A stretch of DNA of 64,000 nucleotides from a virus: positions 17,141 through 81,140 of IMG/VR virus record IMGVR_UViG_3300020185_004330; one strand, written 5' to 3'. Of the stretch, positions 28,801 through 40,700 are shown in pieces (the stretch's first letter is position 1; every line of letters begins with the position of its first letter). Made by a program: the position numbers and the translations under genes. The notes below the pieces were generated by a model that had not been told where the DNA came from, made no database searches, and saw only the letters and a program-made list of their open reading frames with translations.

Positions 28801-31449
28801 TTAATCTGGGTAAGTTATTGGAGTTAAATCATTTACAAGAGGCTCGTATGGAGACTCAATAGTATCTTCTTCATATATATTTGTATTTGTATTTGCCAAA
28901 TTTGTACTTGGATTTACACTTTCAACTAAATTAATTTGAAAATCAGAAATGTCAATATTACCTTCTGCTTTGTTAGAAAGGTTTGTATAGAAGTAATTAG
29001 ATGTTATTGTTGGGTCAAATCTATTTGAAATATTAACTCTAAGTTCAGAAGCTTGTATAACTGGTTCAAATACAGGAGGTATTTCAACTTTAAATTCTGA
29101 ACCATCATTTATACCTGGTTTATAAATAAATCTATGTCTATTAAATTCTGTATTTCCATAAACCGTTCCATATGTAGACATTATACTTGTAGAAGGAACT
29201 AAAAATGGAACTAAATCTTGAAAATTTCTTTCTAAAAGATTCAAAAATTTTTCTAACTTTCTAAATGTTAACCTATTTGACTCTTGGCTGTTGGTCCATA
29301 ACATATAGGTAATGTATATCTTTTTTAAATCTCTATAAGTTCCTGTTGTACCATTCTCCCAACCCTTTGTTTTTCTATTTCTTGGGTCTACATTGTTCTG
29401 ATATATATAGTCTATCCATTCATATATAGTCATTCCCGTTAAATTATCTGGTACAACTGTATTTACGTCTTCCACTTGCCATTCAAAAGGCACTGTTAAT
29501 CCTGAAAAAACAGAAGATGACGAACCCCATTTCCACCATCCATACCCAAACTCATACCAGTCCATAACATCACACTCTATAGCTCTAGACGGCCTTAAGT
29601 CTACGTTAATTTCTTTAGTATTTACAATATTTCTTGTGCTTCCTGTTTTTGTTTTTAAATTGTCAACTCTCTTAAATGGGTCATACTGACTACCAAGGCC
29701 TTCAATAAACTCTTTTCCATTACCTCTACCACTGCCTCCAATTTGAAATGTTTGAGCATTTACATCGGGGTATCCATCATTTACTATAACATTTAAATTA
29801 CTATCTAAAGGTTTTGAATCTTGCAAATCATCTGAACTTAAATCTTCAAAAATGTTTGCAGGAATAAAACTTTCTGGGTCTTCAATGTTTTCTGGTGCAA
29901 ATAAATTTGTATCTAAAGGACTTACCTGACTTACGACAGCCTCATCTATACCATCGACTACTTGTCGTTGGAGTTCTATGGGCAATTCGTCATTAAGTAT
30001 ATCACTTTCACCTAAGTTTAAGTCAAATCGTCTATTTACCTTTTTTACGTCATATATAAATTCTTCTAAATTAAAAAGACATTTTGGAGCACCTATTAAT
30101 TTAAATATAAAACTTATAGCATCTCTAGTTCCTCTTTTTTTGTAGAGCCAAACTATGTTTACCATTATTCGCCTCCAAATTTCTAAGTTATATTCTTCAA
30201 AAGCTTTACCGCTGGAATCAAACTCACCAGCTAAATAATCTATAACATTTTCAGCATTAAAAGCATTTGGCAATTTCGCCCCTAACATATCTGCCAATCT
30301 TGATAAAAATTTATTAGGAACACTTTCTGCTCCGTTGTAACTTACTGAATGTGCATAAGCTATTCCGTCTATATATTGTTTTATTGAATCAAATTGTTCA
30401 CCATAAACTGTTGTCAACTTTCTGTATGCTTTATTTTCAGAATCTAAATCTGTAAAATTTTCAGGAATCATAGTCCTGAGCATTATATTTGTTTTTTCTT
30501 CATCAATAATTCTAGCATTTTTTAATATGCTATCAGCATAAGACTCAAAGCCAAAACCATAACTATCTGGAGCAAATCCATCAATGCTTTTCGGCCAATC
30601 AAATTGTACTCTTGAATATGTGTCTGTATCAGCATCTGGAACTAGAAAATTGCCATCATAAATTAATTGTGTTTCTAAATTTGGCAAAGTTCTTTTAAAT
30701 TGACCTAATCTTTGCGTTGTCGGCCTTATATAAATTGGATAATTAAATGTGCTAGCACTTATTGGCTCTATAGGTAATAGTATTCCTTTTATTTTAAATT
30801 CAAAATATTGACCATACAAATAGTCGTATGAAACTATTTCATGAATTTCATTCATAAAAGTACCACCAGTAATAGTACTTTGAGACTCTCCACTTAACTG
30901 TATAGCAAAAGAACTGGTATCATTATATAAATCTATTTGAGCTTCCGACTGTTCAGACCTTCCTGATACATATAAAATATCGCCTTGGTTAGTTATTGAA
31001 GAGAGTGAAATTTTAAAAATTGACGTTTGTTGAACTAAGTCATGAGAATAATCATATATAGTTACACCGCTACTTATTGATTTGGAAAGTAATGCATATG
31101 GAAATGTATCAACTATATTATTTATAGCATTAGCAACTTTAGTATAAAATGAACCAAAATAAGCATAACTAGTAGCATCGTCTGGTTTTAAATTTAACTC
31201 GTTTGCTTTTGTGGTTATAATTTTTAAAACATCAAAATCAGCAGTTTTAGAATTTTCAATAGTAGCATAAGGCCCAAAAGAAAGGGTGGAACCACTAACG
31301 CTCTCAGTAAAAACATCTTCTAACCTATTAGAGTCTGTTCTAAATGTACCAAATGTAAATGCAGATTCAGCGCTTGTTGCTGCGAATCTTGAGTCCCTAC
31401 CAGGGGTTGGTCTTATGTCTAAAGTTGTACCACTATTTATTGATGTCAT
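28801..31449 (-). CDS. Baseplate/tail protein (P2 gpI / T4 gp7-like segment)
   Basis: VPNKFLSRLADMLG...IWRRIMVNIVWLYKKRGTRDAISFIFKLIG. Confidence 0.7.
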   Translation of the reverse strand: MTSINSGTTLDIRPTPGRDSRFAATSAESAFTFGTFRTDSNRLEDVFTESVSGSTLSFGPYATIENSKTADFDVLKIITTKANELNLKPDDATSYAYFGSFYTKVANAINNIVDTFPYALLSKSISSGVTIYDYSHDLVQQTSIFKISLSSITNQGDILYVSGRSEQSEAQIDLYNDTSSFAIQLSGESQSTITGGTFMNEIHEIVSYDYLYGQYFEFKIKGILLPIEPISASTFNYPIYIRPTTQRLGQFKRTLPNLETQLIYDGNFLVPDADTDTYSRVQFDWPKSIDGFAPDSYGFGFESYADSILKNARIIDEEKTNIMLRTMIPENFTDLDSENKAYRKLTTVYGEQFDSIKQYIDGIAYAHSVSYNGAESVPNKFLSRLADMLGAKLPNAFNAENVIDYLAGEFDSSGKAFEEYNLEIWRRIMVNIVWLYKKRGTRDAISFIFKLIGAPKCLFNLEEFIYDVKKVNRRFDLNLGESDILNDELPIELQRQVVDGIDEAVVSQVSPLDTNLFAPENIEDPESFIPANIFEDLSSDDLQDSKPLDSNLNVIVNDGYPDVNAQTFQIGGSGRGNGKEFIEGLGSQYDPFKRVDNLKTKTGSTRNIVNTKEINVDLRPSRAIECDVMDWYEFGYGWWKWGSSSSVFSGLTVPFEWQVEDVNTVVPDNLTGMTIYEWIDYIYQNNVDPRNRKTKGWENGTTGTYRDLKKIYITYMLWTNSQESNRLTFRKLEKFLNLLERNFQDLVPFLVPSTSIMSTYGTVYGNTEFNRHRFIYKPGINDGSEFKVEIPPVFEPVIQASELRVNISNRFDPTITSNYFYTNLSNKAEGNIDISDFQINLVESVNPSTNLANTNTNIYEEDTIESPYEPLVNDLTPITYPD

Positions 31450-31630
31450 CTAAAATGATTTAATTATAAATATTTAGTCAAAAAAACTTATAGAAATTAT
31501 TTCTATTTTTTTTTACTATAATATTTATTCCTAAGGAATGAAATATTTTTTAGAACTAAACAAATCAAAAGTTTACTTTAAAACTTTTAAAGTTATATTA
31601 TAAAAAAATACAAAAAAGAGTAAATAGAAA

Positions 31631-33658
31631 ATGGGATATATTTTAAATGAACCTAAAACTTTTATAAATGTCAAACTAACTGATGTCGGTAGAAGACAAT
31701 TGTCTTTAGGAAACTTAGTATTTGTAAGTGCAGTATTTTCAGATAGAGAAATTAACTATGGCATTGACAGAAATGATAAATACAGCATTTCAAACAATAG
31801 AATATTATCTCCTTTAGATGTCAATCCATTTTTTGGAAGCAATTTTGATGGCTCTTTGCCGTTAACTTTAGAAGGTAATCAAGTAACATCAGCAAAACAG
31901 TTCTCAACTGGAGCCACTGATAGTTATGGAATGTTTACTGGCGCAACTGTTTCTAGTGCATCTACTTCTATAGATACTACAAAGCTATTAGGAGCTAACA
32001 CTATTACTTATAGTTCATCTCCATTAAGTGGAGGTTCTACAGTTATTTTAGACAGTGCGACATACTATCCAAATGCAGGAGATTTAGTTTTTATTCCATG
32101 GAGCCCAATACAGAATAGTGGAGCAACATATGTAGCAAACATAGTGCCCTCAGGAAATCCAAAAGTTTCACTTTGGTACAGAGTAACTGCTGCAGATAAT
32201 CCAGGTACAGGAGAAATAGTATTAGATAGACCAACTCCTGATTTTGGAGGGGAATCTACCTCCCAAGTTGTTGATACTTATTTTTATCCTTATGATGGAG
32301 TAGAGAGTTACTATGGAACCGCCTCTACAGTTAATCCCATGTTATGGAATATGAATATAGTCAGAACTCAGTCAGTGGAGGGGACTTCATTAAGTGTAAG
32401 TGGTTACACTTCTTATGGCTCTATAGAATACAATGGAACAAAACAATACTTAGGATTTACAGAAGACATAGAAGATATAGGCGTTTTACATTATACAAAT
32501 GAATTTACTGGCAATACTTATGCAGAACAATTGTTTGAAACTACAGTAAGAGTTGACTTGCCATATGTTATGTGGCACGGAACTCAAGCAACTAATGGGC
32601 GAGCAGTTAATTATGGTCTATCATTATATGACGTGGACGGGACAACTGAAACAGATATAATTTCAAACTCAACATATAGACCTCTAAAAGATGGAGTTAC
32701 AGACACTAGCAGAACTTTAGGTAGAGTTTATCACAAATTAAAAATTGTAGTAATCACAGACCCAGAACTACTAAATGCACTAACTTATAAGTCTAATAGA
32801 AACTACACTTTACCGCCATTAAATGTCTCTTCTACCAGTGTACCACAGTATCCTTTAACAACATTGGAGGCTACAGGACTTATTAAGTCAGGAAAAACTT
32901 ATTTTGTAACTTACTTAACAGAAAGTGAACCTACTTATTTGTCTGGTACAACATTTGGATATCCAAAATCTTTACATTGTGGATATATTCAAAAACTAAA
33001 CGGAAGTACAGATAGGGCAGGAAATAAACAATATTTAACTGCAAACTTTCCAACAAGTTCATTTCCATACTTAAGGAACTCAGACGCTATGGATAACTTG
33101 TCTGGAACTGGGTGGAATGCAAATAAAGTTCAGATATTAATTTCTGAACAAGATGACCCAACTGGAATACTTACTCTTGAAGATGTTCCTTCTTATGAGT
33201 GGAGGCTTATTTCTAATGGATATGGAAACGGTATATACTCTGGGGACACAGCTCAAACAACAATAGATGCAAGAAGCTTAAATGGGCATCAATTTATTAT
33301 ATCTCAAGAAGATTATGATAGCGGAAGTACATACGTGTTAGATACATTATTTACTGATAATAATGACCATTCTTTAACGGGATTGACTTTCGGAGATGAA
33401 TCATTTCTATTTGGAAATCTTCAATCAGACGTATTGGCTACAACATATAAGACTGTAATAACTACTTTTGCAAAAAATGATTCACTCAATAGTTCAGCAA
33501 ATATTTCTTTTGATGACACATTAGATAGTACTACTTATATATCAGAAGTGGGTATATTAGACGGAGAAGGTAATTTGGTAGCAGTAGGCAAGCCAACATA
33601 TCCAATAACAAAAAATGAAGGAAGGTTTTTAACTTTTCAATTACAAATAGACTTTTAA
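31631..33658 (+). CDS. Tail/baseplate protein (tail-collar-like termini)
   Basis: INVKLTDVGRRQL at the N-terminus; YISEVGILDGEGNLVAVGK at the C-terminus. Confidence 0.6.
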   Translation: MGYILNEPKTFINVKLTDVGRRQLSLGNLVFVSAVFSDREINYGIDRNDKYSISNNRILSPLDVNPFFGSNFDGSLPLTLEGNQVTSAKQFSTGATDSYGMFTGATVSSASTSIDTTKLLGANTITYSSSPLSGGSTVILDSATYYPNAGDLVFIPWSPIQNSGATYVANIVPSGNPKVSLWYRVTAADNPGTGEIVLDRPTPDFGGESTSQVVDTYFYPYDGVESYYGTASTVNPMLWNMNIVRTQSVEGTSLSVSGYTSYGSIEYNGTKQYLGFTEDIEDIGVLHYTNEFTGNTYAEQLFETTVRVDLPYVMWHGTQATNGRAVNYGLSLYDVDGTTETDIISNSTYRPLKDGVTDTSRTLGRVYHKLKIVVITDPELLNALTYKSNRNYTLPPLNVSSTSVPQYPLTTLEATGLIKSGKTYFVTYLTESEPTYLSGTTFGYPKSLHCGYIQKLNGSTDRAGNKQYLTANFPTSSFPYLRNSDAMDNLSGTGWNANKVQILISEQDDPTGILTLEDVPSYEWRLISNGYGNGIYSGDTAQTTIDARSLNGHQFIISQEDYDSGSTYVLDTLFTDNNDHSLTGLTFGDESFLFGNLQSDVLATTYKTVITTFAKNDSLNSSANISFDDTLDSTTYISEVGILDGEGNLVAVGKPTYPITKNEGRFLTFQLQIDF

Positions 33659-33675
33659 AAATAAAAAAATAAAAC

Positions 33676-34365
33676 ATGGGAGCAATAACATCAGCAGACA
33701 CAATTTATGCAACAGCCTACTTAACAGAGATTGGAAGACAGTATTTATTTCAAGACGCCAATCATCCTAGGTTCATAGAACTTGATGACGGAACTAAAAT
33801 AGATAGGCTAAAAATAGAAAGATTTTCTTTAGGAGACCCAGACGTAAATTATAAACTACCAGATTTATTGACATCGGGAGATATTCCAGATTTGTCTGGA
33901 GAGAACGAAAATAATATTACAGGCGCCAAAGGAAGGACTTTAAATAATTTAATATCGCCCTCTGACTCTGTACTCGGAGATGGGGATGACTCATTAGAGT
34001 ACACTACTAGCCAAGGAGATATAGAGGTGGATTTAAATAAAGACTTAGACAATATACAAACAGTATATACTCAAGAGTTGCTAACTTTATTGGATGAAGA
34101 ACCGACTTTAGAGTCTACATATGATTTGCTGCCAAAGAATTTTGGTGAAAATCAAGTAAAAGATGGTGAATTAATCATAACACTAAGGAAGGCTACTGAA
34201 GTAAATCCTGGATATAGAATAAGAATTTTATACCCTACAATTGAAGATGATAATAATATATGCACTATTCAATTTGAGAAAGCAAACATATTGCAAACAT
34301 CTAAAAAATCATATGAAAAAGTTTCAGCAACAAAATCCCCAGCTGCATTTGGTAAAGCAATATAA
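33676..34365 (+). CDS. Tail-associated protein
   Basis: AYLTEIGRQYL...IERFSLGDPDVNY is paralogous to the N-terminus of 31631-33658. Confidence 0.55.
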   Translation: MGAITSADTIYATAYLTEIGRQYLFQDANHPRFIELDDGTKIDRLKIERFSLGDPDVNYKLPDLLTSGDIPDLSGENENNITGAKGRTLNNLISPSDSVLGDGDDSLEYTTSQGDIEVDLNKDLDNIQTVYTQELLTLLDEEPTLESTYDLLPKNFGENQVKDGELIITLRKATEVNPGYRIRILYPTIEDDNNICTIQFEKANILQTSKKSYEKVSATKSPAAFGKAI

Positions 34366-34370
34366 TAAGT

Positions 34371-34409
34371 AAAAAAAAAAAAAAAAAAAATAAGAAAAAA
34401 AAAAAAAAA
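34371..34409 (+). repeat. Homopolymer tract A20-TAAG-A15
   Basis: Read directly; lies between two co-oriented ORFs, immediately before ATG 34412. Confidence 0.9.
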
Positions 34410-34411
34410 TT

Positions 34412-34822
34412 ATGACTAATAAGAATATAAGCCCACCAAGAAAATTAGCTAAGAATTTTAGCAAAACTCCACTAACAAGAAGATTGGGACCAATAACTAA
34501 AGATGTATCACCAATACAGCAAGCCATTAACGAAGGTAATGAGGAAGTTTCTTATAATGACTGGCAGGTTATGGATAATATGGACGAAGGAATGAGACAA
34601 GCTTTAATTAAGTGGATAGACACAACGAAAGAAGGAAAACAGGTTTTAAACCCAACGGGCTCAACAAGAACTAAAACAATAAACTTTCAATTTTTTGGAA
34701 ACCCTTCTAAAGATATAATTGGAGCTGGTGATATTGGTGAGTTTAAATTAGAGTTTAAATATACAAAGAAGATTATACAACCTTTAGCAATTGATGGTTC
34801 AAACACTATTATAGCAAGATAA
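34412..34822 (+). CDS. Hypothetical protein
   Basis: 136-aa ORF in the tail operon. Confidence 0.6.
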   Translation: MTNKNISPPRKLAKNFSKTPLTRRLGPITKDVSPIQQAINEGNEEVSYNDWQVMDNMDEGMRQALIKWIDTTKEGKQVLNPTGSTRTKTINFQFFGNPSKDIIGAGDIGEFKLEFKYTKKIIQPLAIDGSNTIIAR

Positions 34823-34845
34823 ACAAACAAATAAAATAAAACAAA

Positions 34846-36000
34846 ATGATTGCAGATTCAAGATTTACTAAAAAAGTAGATTCATATGTAGCTCTTCAGA
34901 GAGAAAGTTCAACAATAAAAAGTCTTTCAGAAGAAACTTTGAAATTTACTCTTTGCGATAGAGACAATTTAGCTGATAATAAAGGCAATTACTTTATGTC
35001 TTTTAATTTACCTTATAAAACAAGTAAATTCCCTACAAGTAGTAGAATTTCTGAAGTTTTTCCTGAATTACAACAACTAAATGTAGACCAGATTATAATA
35101 ACTCCAATATCAGCAGATGATTACAGTGAGTTCATAGATGGGAGAACGGTAACTATGACAGTACCAGTTTCAGGAAGTTCAACTCCGACACTATTGTCTG
35201 GGGTAACTTTGGTTTCAAGCACCTATACTGCCGTAAAACCTTTAAAGTATGAGTCAAATGTATTGCTTGGAGATAATATTGTTTTTCTTTTTTCAGACGA
35301 AATTAACAAGCCTTACAGCGGTAAGACGGTAAATGAATTAGGAGACGCAATCAATAATTCAACAGTTACTTCTTGGGACCCAACAGGAGAATATAAAGAC
35401 AGGCCAGGCGCTACATCTTATTCTGAGGTTAGAAGATTTTATGATACAGACCAAAGAACAGATGCAAACTATGCAGTTTCCGTGCCTACAGGATACCCAG
35501 AAAATAGAGGGGGTTATAATTATGATGTACCATGCGGATTTGCAGTGCTGGACAAAGGTTATATTGTTATTACACACCCTCAGATTGTAAACAATTTTCC
35601 TTGGACATCTGGGTTTACTGAATCTGGAATTCCTTATGTTGATGATTTTAATGTTACAAGCAAAACTAACATTCACTTTACAGGCAGTAGTTTAGCAGAC
35701 ATTTCTGCAGAAGGAGCTATTCTTTCATATAAAGATATAGACACTTCTTTCAAAATGACGTCAGTTTGCATAGCAATGCCACAAGAGTTTTATGTATCAA
35801 ATAACCCTACTTGGGACAAAGAAAAAGCAATTGCACAAATGAATGAAGAAACTGCAATTATTAATTATGATGATATATATATAACTGAGATTGGTTTATA
35901 TAATAGTTTTGGAGAACTAATAGCAGTAGCTAAAATGAGCGAACCTATTAAGAAAACATATGTAAATGCACTTACTTTTGAGATTAATTTAGAGATGTAA
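34846..36000 (+). CDS. Tail/baseplate protein (tail-collar-like C-terminus)
   Basis: IYITEIGLYNSFGELIAVAKMSEPIKK is paralogous to the C-terminus of 31631-33658. Confidence 0.6.
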   Translation: MIADSRFTKKVDSYVALQRESSTIKSLSEETLKFTLCDRDNLADNKGNYFMSFNLPYKTSKFPTSSRISEVFPELQQLNVDQIIITPISADDYSEFIDGRTVTMTVPVSGSSTPTLLSGVTLVSSTYTAVKPLKYESNVLLGDNIVFLFSDEINKPYSGKTVNELGDAINNSTVTSWDPTGEYKDRPGATSYSEVRRFYDTDQRTDANYAVSVPTGYPENRGGYNYDVPCGFAVLDKGYIVITHPQIVNNFPWTSGFTESGIPYVDDFNVTSKTNIHFTGSSLADISAEGAILSYKDIDTSFKMTSVCIAMPQEFYVSNNPTWDKEKAIAQMNEETAIINYDDIYITEIGLYNSFGELIAVAKMSEPIKKTYVNALTFEINLEM

Positions 36001-36022
36001 TTTAAAAAAAAAACAACTATAC

Positions 36023-36050
36023 AAGCCCTCAAAGATTTGAGGGCTTTTTT
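36023..36050 (+). terminator. Intrinsic terminator ending the tail operon
   Basis: AAGCCCTCAAA-GA-TTTGAGGGCTT followed by a T-run. Confidence 0.85.
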
Positions 36051-36096
36051 GTTTACTTTTTTTGTCAATACATTACTTTAGTAAAAAAAATAATAT

Positions 36097-36678
36097 ATGA
36101 CTTTAGGATTAGACATTTCAACTACTGTAGTAGGTATAGCACTTTTTGACTCAAAAAATAAACTTTGTAATTTAGAATATATAAAATTTAAACCAAAGAC
36201 AAACCTATTTCAGAGAATGGATGATTTTGTAGAACATTTTGAAAAGTTAAGTTCAGCAATAAATTTAGAAAAAGGTAAAAATAGGCTAAATCACATATCA
36301 ATAGAGGAGCCTCTAAAAGCTTTTAAAGGTAAATTCTCTAATGCAGAAACAATACAAAAATTAACTACCATTAATGCTTTTATTAGCATTTACTTATATA
36401 GGAAATTTAAAATAGAGCCCAGATACTATAATGTGCAAACCGCAAGAAAAACAGCATTTCCATCTTTGGTTCTACCTAAAAGTTCTCCAAATAAAAAATA
36501 TTTAATTTGGGAAAAAGTAGTCGAAAAAGAACCGCAAATAAATTGGACTTACTCAAAAAAAACTCACAAACTTAAAGATGAAAACTTTGACATGTCTGAT
36601 GCGTATGTTGTTGGGTATGCAGATATCATTACCAGGGAGATAACAAAGAAAAATATTACAAAAGAAATAGAGATTTAA
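36097..36678 (+). CDS. ruvC: RuvC-like Holliday junction resolvase
   Basis: LGLDISTTVVGIA, SIEEP and FDMSDAYVVG catalytic motifs. Confidence 0.75.
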   Translation: MTLGLDISTTVVGIALFDSKNKLCNLEYIKFKPKTNLFQRMDDFVEHFEKLSSAINLEKGKNRLNHISIEEPLKAFKGKFSNAETIQKLTTINAFISIYLYRKFKIEPRYYNVQTARKTAFPSLVLPKSSPNKKYLIWEKVVEKEPQINWTYSKKTHKLKDENFDMSDAYVVGYADIITREITKKNITKEIEI

Positions 36679-36680
36679 AA

Positions 36681-36711
36681 TTGTTTAAAAACTCTTTTTC
36701 CTTTATATTTG
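36681..36711 (+). promoter_or_regulatory. Bacteroidota-type sigma promoter candidate (TTG-N20-TATATTTG)
   Basis: Matches the -7 TAnnTTTG consensus, upstream of the primase gene. Confidence 0.45.
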
Positions 36712-36730
36712 TTTATTATAAAAATTCTTT

Positions 36731-37786
36731 GTGGAAAACAATAAGCAAATAGTAATATCTATACTAGAAAAAGTATTTGGTTCACCTAAAAAAAGTGGTG
36801 ATATAAAAGAGTATGAATTTAATTGTAAAAGTAGGGTCTGTCGAAACGATGAAGACAAATTCAATCTAGCTTATAATTCACAAAATCATATTTTTCATTG
36901 TTGGAAATGTAAATATAAAGGACATGTTCACAAACTAGTTTCAGACTACGGAAATAAAGATGACTTAAATAGAGTGTCTTTAGTTCTTCCAAAGAAAAAG
37001 CCTTTTAAAAAAGAAAAAAAATCAGAAGAATATAGTGACATGATTACCTGCTCTCTACCAGAGGGGTTCAAGTATATGTCCAAAAAAAGTGATTCAAAAT
37101 ATTATAAGTCAGCCATGAGATATATGATGTCTGAAAGAGGTTGGAGTTTAGAAAAAATTAAGAAACATAACTTAGGATATACTGAAAATAAAGGAAATAG
37201 AAAATATAGGATTATATTTCCTTCTTATAACGAGTATGGTCAAGTTAATTATTATGTAGGAAGAACTTATTATGACGTTATTAAACCTAACTATATGGGA
37301 CCACCCAAGGAAGAGGTTGCTAGAACTGAGATTATATTTAATGTGAAAAACATAAACTTCGATACACCTGTTTTTTTAGTTGAAGGAGTGTTTGATATGG
37401 CTTGCATATATAATTCTATTCCGATGCTTGGTAAAGAGCCAGCAAATGTAATTATAAAAAAATTAGTAGAACATGACACTAGAGTTGTTTTGTGTCTAGA
37501 TGAAGATGCTCTATATGATAGTATAGAAATATACAACAAACTTAGTTCTTATGGATTAGATGTTTATTTTGTAGAAATACCAGATGATATAGATGAGTTT
37601 CACAAGAACAAAGGAAAACAGGCTACAATTGAACTTTTAAAAACTTGTAGAAAGTTGGATTTTCAATATATGTTTAAAAATTTTGCTCTTAAAGAAAATA
37701 AGAAAAAAAGAGACTTTGTTGATGAAAAAGGGTTGAAAAGTGAGTGGGAAAAAATGAAATCAGAAATATTAAAAGACCAAAAATGA
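36731..37786 (+). CDS. dnaG: DNA primase (Zn-binding + TOPRIM)
   Basis: FHCWKCKYKG, RIIFPSY, FLVEGVFD, LCLDED; GTG start. Confidence 0.85.
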   Translation: MENNKQIVISILEKVFGSPKKSGDIKEYEFNCKSRVCRNDEDKFNLAYNSQNHIFHCWKCKYKGHVHKLVSDYGNKDDLNRVSLVLPKKKPFKKEKKSEEYSDMITCSLPEGFKYMSKKSDSKYYKSAMRYMMSERGWSLEKIKKHNLGYTENKGNRKYRIIFPSYNEYGQVNYYVGRTYYDVIKPNYMGPPKEEVARTEIIFNVKNINFDTPVFLVEGVFDMACIYNSIPMLGKEPANVIIKKLVEHDTRVVLCLDEDALYDSIEIYNKLSSYGLDVYFVEIPDDIDEFHKNKGKQATIELLKTCRKLDFQYMFKNFALKENKKKRDFVDEKGLKSEWEKMKSEILKDQK

Positions 37787-40700
37787 GCAAATCTAAAGTT
37801 AACAATTCAATAGCACACATATCTGATATTCACATTAGATACGGAAGTAGACACAAAGAGTATAGAGATGTGTTTCAGAGGACTATAGATGATTTGTCTG
37901 TTCAAAAACCTAAAAGGATTGCTATAACTGGAGATTTGTTTCACATCAAAATAAATCTATCACCTAATGCATTGGAGATTGCAGGCTGGTTTATGAAGGA
38001 ATTGTCTAAAATAGCACCTGTAGATTTGATTTTAGGAAATCATGATTTAAACCTACAGTCACTAGAACAGGGTAATTCAATTGAGCCAATAATCAAACTA
38101 ATTAGTGATGGATATATTGTTGAAAAAGGAGCAAAAAAACTTCCAACACATAAAGGAAGTGGACATGGGATATTTTTCTTTTTACATAGCGGATTTTATA
38201 ACGTAAATGACGACATAGTTTATGGTGTATATTCTTGCTTGGACAATGAAATACTAACATTAAAAACAAAGGATAAGGACAAAACTTATATTGCAATGTA
38301 CCATGGCCCAGTATATGGCTCTAGAGGCAATAATGGGTATGAGTTACATGATAGTGAATATATGATGAAACTTAGCACTTTTAATAATTTTGACATTGTC
38401 ATGCTAGGCGACATACATGAGCATCAATCATTTTCCTTAAAAACATCAGCAACAGAAAATATAGCATACCCTGGAAGTTTAATACAACAGGATTATGGAG
38501 AGACTATTGACAAGGGTTACATTGTTTGGGATTTAAAAAAGAAAAGTTTTTCTAGAAAATTTATACCTAATGATTATGGCTTCTCAAGCCTCCATATTTC
38601 TAGAGGTGAAATATTTGAAGATAGAATTGAAGACTTAAAACTTTCTCATAACCCCAAAAAGACAAAGGTATCAGTTACGTGGGAGGCATTTCAAGAAGAT
38701 TACTCTGTAGAAAAAGAGAAACAAATAGAAAAGTTAATAAAAAACAAATATGGATGTGAAGTAATAAACGTAGATTGCAAACATATAAGTAAGGAAGATG
38801 AAATAAGTAATATTGATATTGATGAAGAAAAGGATTACACAAAGATAGAAGAGTTTGAAACTTTACTAAAAGAATTTGTCGATAATAGTGAGTATGATAA
38901 TGAAGATGAGGTTTTAGAGCTTTCTAGGAAAATAGATAAAGAATTGAACTATTCTTCTGAAAAAGGTAAAAAATGGTTTTTAAATAGTTTAGAAGTTTGG
39001 AACCTATTTGGATTTCCAGAAGATAAAACAACTTTTAACTTTAATGAACTTTCTGGTGTAACTGGTATATTTGGAAAAAACTTTAGCGGTAAAACCAATT
39101 TAATTAGAGCCCTTGTTTGGATTGCTTACAGAAAAATTTTAGGAGGAGGAGAGGCGTATAGATTAACTAATATGTATACAGAAAGCGATAAGGCTGGTGG
39201 TCGAATTTATTTGACTATCGATTCTCAGCAATACTATATAGAAAGGACGGTTAGAGTTAGAACAAAAAAAGATGGAACTCCTGACGTTTCTTATGGCGTT
39301 GAATATAAAATGTTAAAAGAAGATTCTGAAGGAAAAAAAACTTGGACTTCTATAGATTCAGATAAGGCAGCAACTGAAAAGACTGAAAGAAATAATATTA
39401 TAGTAGAGTCAATAGGAACTTTTGATGACTTCACTAAAATAGTATTGCAGGCACAAGGTGGAGAGGGTAATTTTTTAGACATGAGCCAACAGCCAAAAAA
39501 TGACTTAATAAACAAATATCTTGGCCTGGAAGTTTTTAGAGATAGATATGAATATGCTAAAAGAATATTTAATGATATAAAGTCAAAGCAGAAATTTTTG
39601 GGGAGCTCAAAAGAGCACAAAGAGTCTATAAAAAAAGAAGATGAATCAATAGTAGAAAACAACAAATATTTAAAGAAATATAAAACTGAAAGGGAAGATA
39701 CGGACAAGTTAGTTGAGGCTCAAGAGCAAAAAATTAGAGATTTGACCAAAACCTTAATCAAAGTAGAGGTGACAAAATATTCTAATATAGAATCTGCTCA
39801 GAAATCAATTGAAAAAACAAAAGAGTCTTTAGACAAAAAAGTAGAGTTAGAATCAGAATTTATTAAGTGGGTTTCTTCTAATTTTAAAAAAGAGCTACCA
39901 AAAGATTCTGCTTTAGGAATTGTTAAAGTTGAAACTAGCCTAAAATCAGAAAGGAAATTATTTGAGTCAGAAAAAAATGAATACGTTTCACTTAACTCTT
40001 GGATTGAAAGCAATCCATTACAAAAAGAAATTGACATAGAACCTGTCAAACAAAAAGTTACAGAGACAGAGTCTGCTTTGTTGAGGTTGAAAAATAAGTT
40101 AGAGATATCTAAAGGAAAAAAGTGTCCAACATGTGGAAATGTAGAGCAAAAAGCAAATTTAGAACTAGAAAAGCAATGTTCTAAAGATATAGAAAGAGGA
40201 GAGAAAGCTTTGTTTGAAAGAAATGGTGAAATTAAAAGAGCTAACCAAATTAGTAATCATAACATATTTTTTGAAAAGCAAAAAAATAAAATGGGGTCTT
40301 TTAAAAATTCTCTACAAGAACGTAAGATTAAGATAGAAGACTTAAAGAGAGGTTTAGAGCTATCTCAAAAAGTAGAAGAAATTAATAAGCATAATAATTT
40401 AGTAGAATCTAAGAGTAAATCTTTAGAAAGCATAAAAGTAGATATTCTAGAATTAAAAAAAACAATTGAAGATATAAAAAAAGACATTTCTATATTAAAG
40501 TCTAACAAAGATTCAATTGAAAAGAATAATGAAATAAATGTTCAAATAAAACTAAATGAAGATGAGAAAAAATCTTTAAAACTTATAATAAATCAGCTAA
40601 ACGAAAAAATAAGTTCCATTAAGTCTGATATAAAAGTGTCCAAAAGTAATAAGGATAATCTAGAAGGTAAAATTGAAACTATTAAAAAAGCAGAATCTTC

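Noticed and set aside
4474-36000. Bacterial contractile injection system or T6SS rather than a phage
   Set aside because: Contiguous with primase, Mre11-Rad50, a sigma-like factor, lysins and tRNAs, with no bacterial housekeeping operons.
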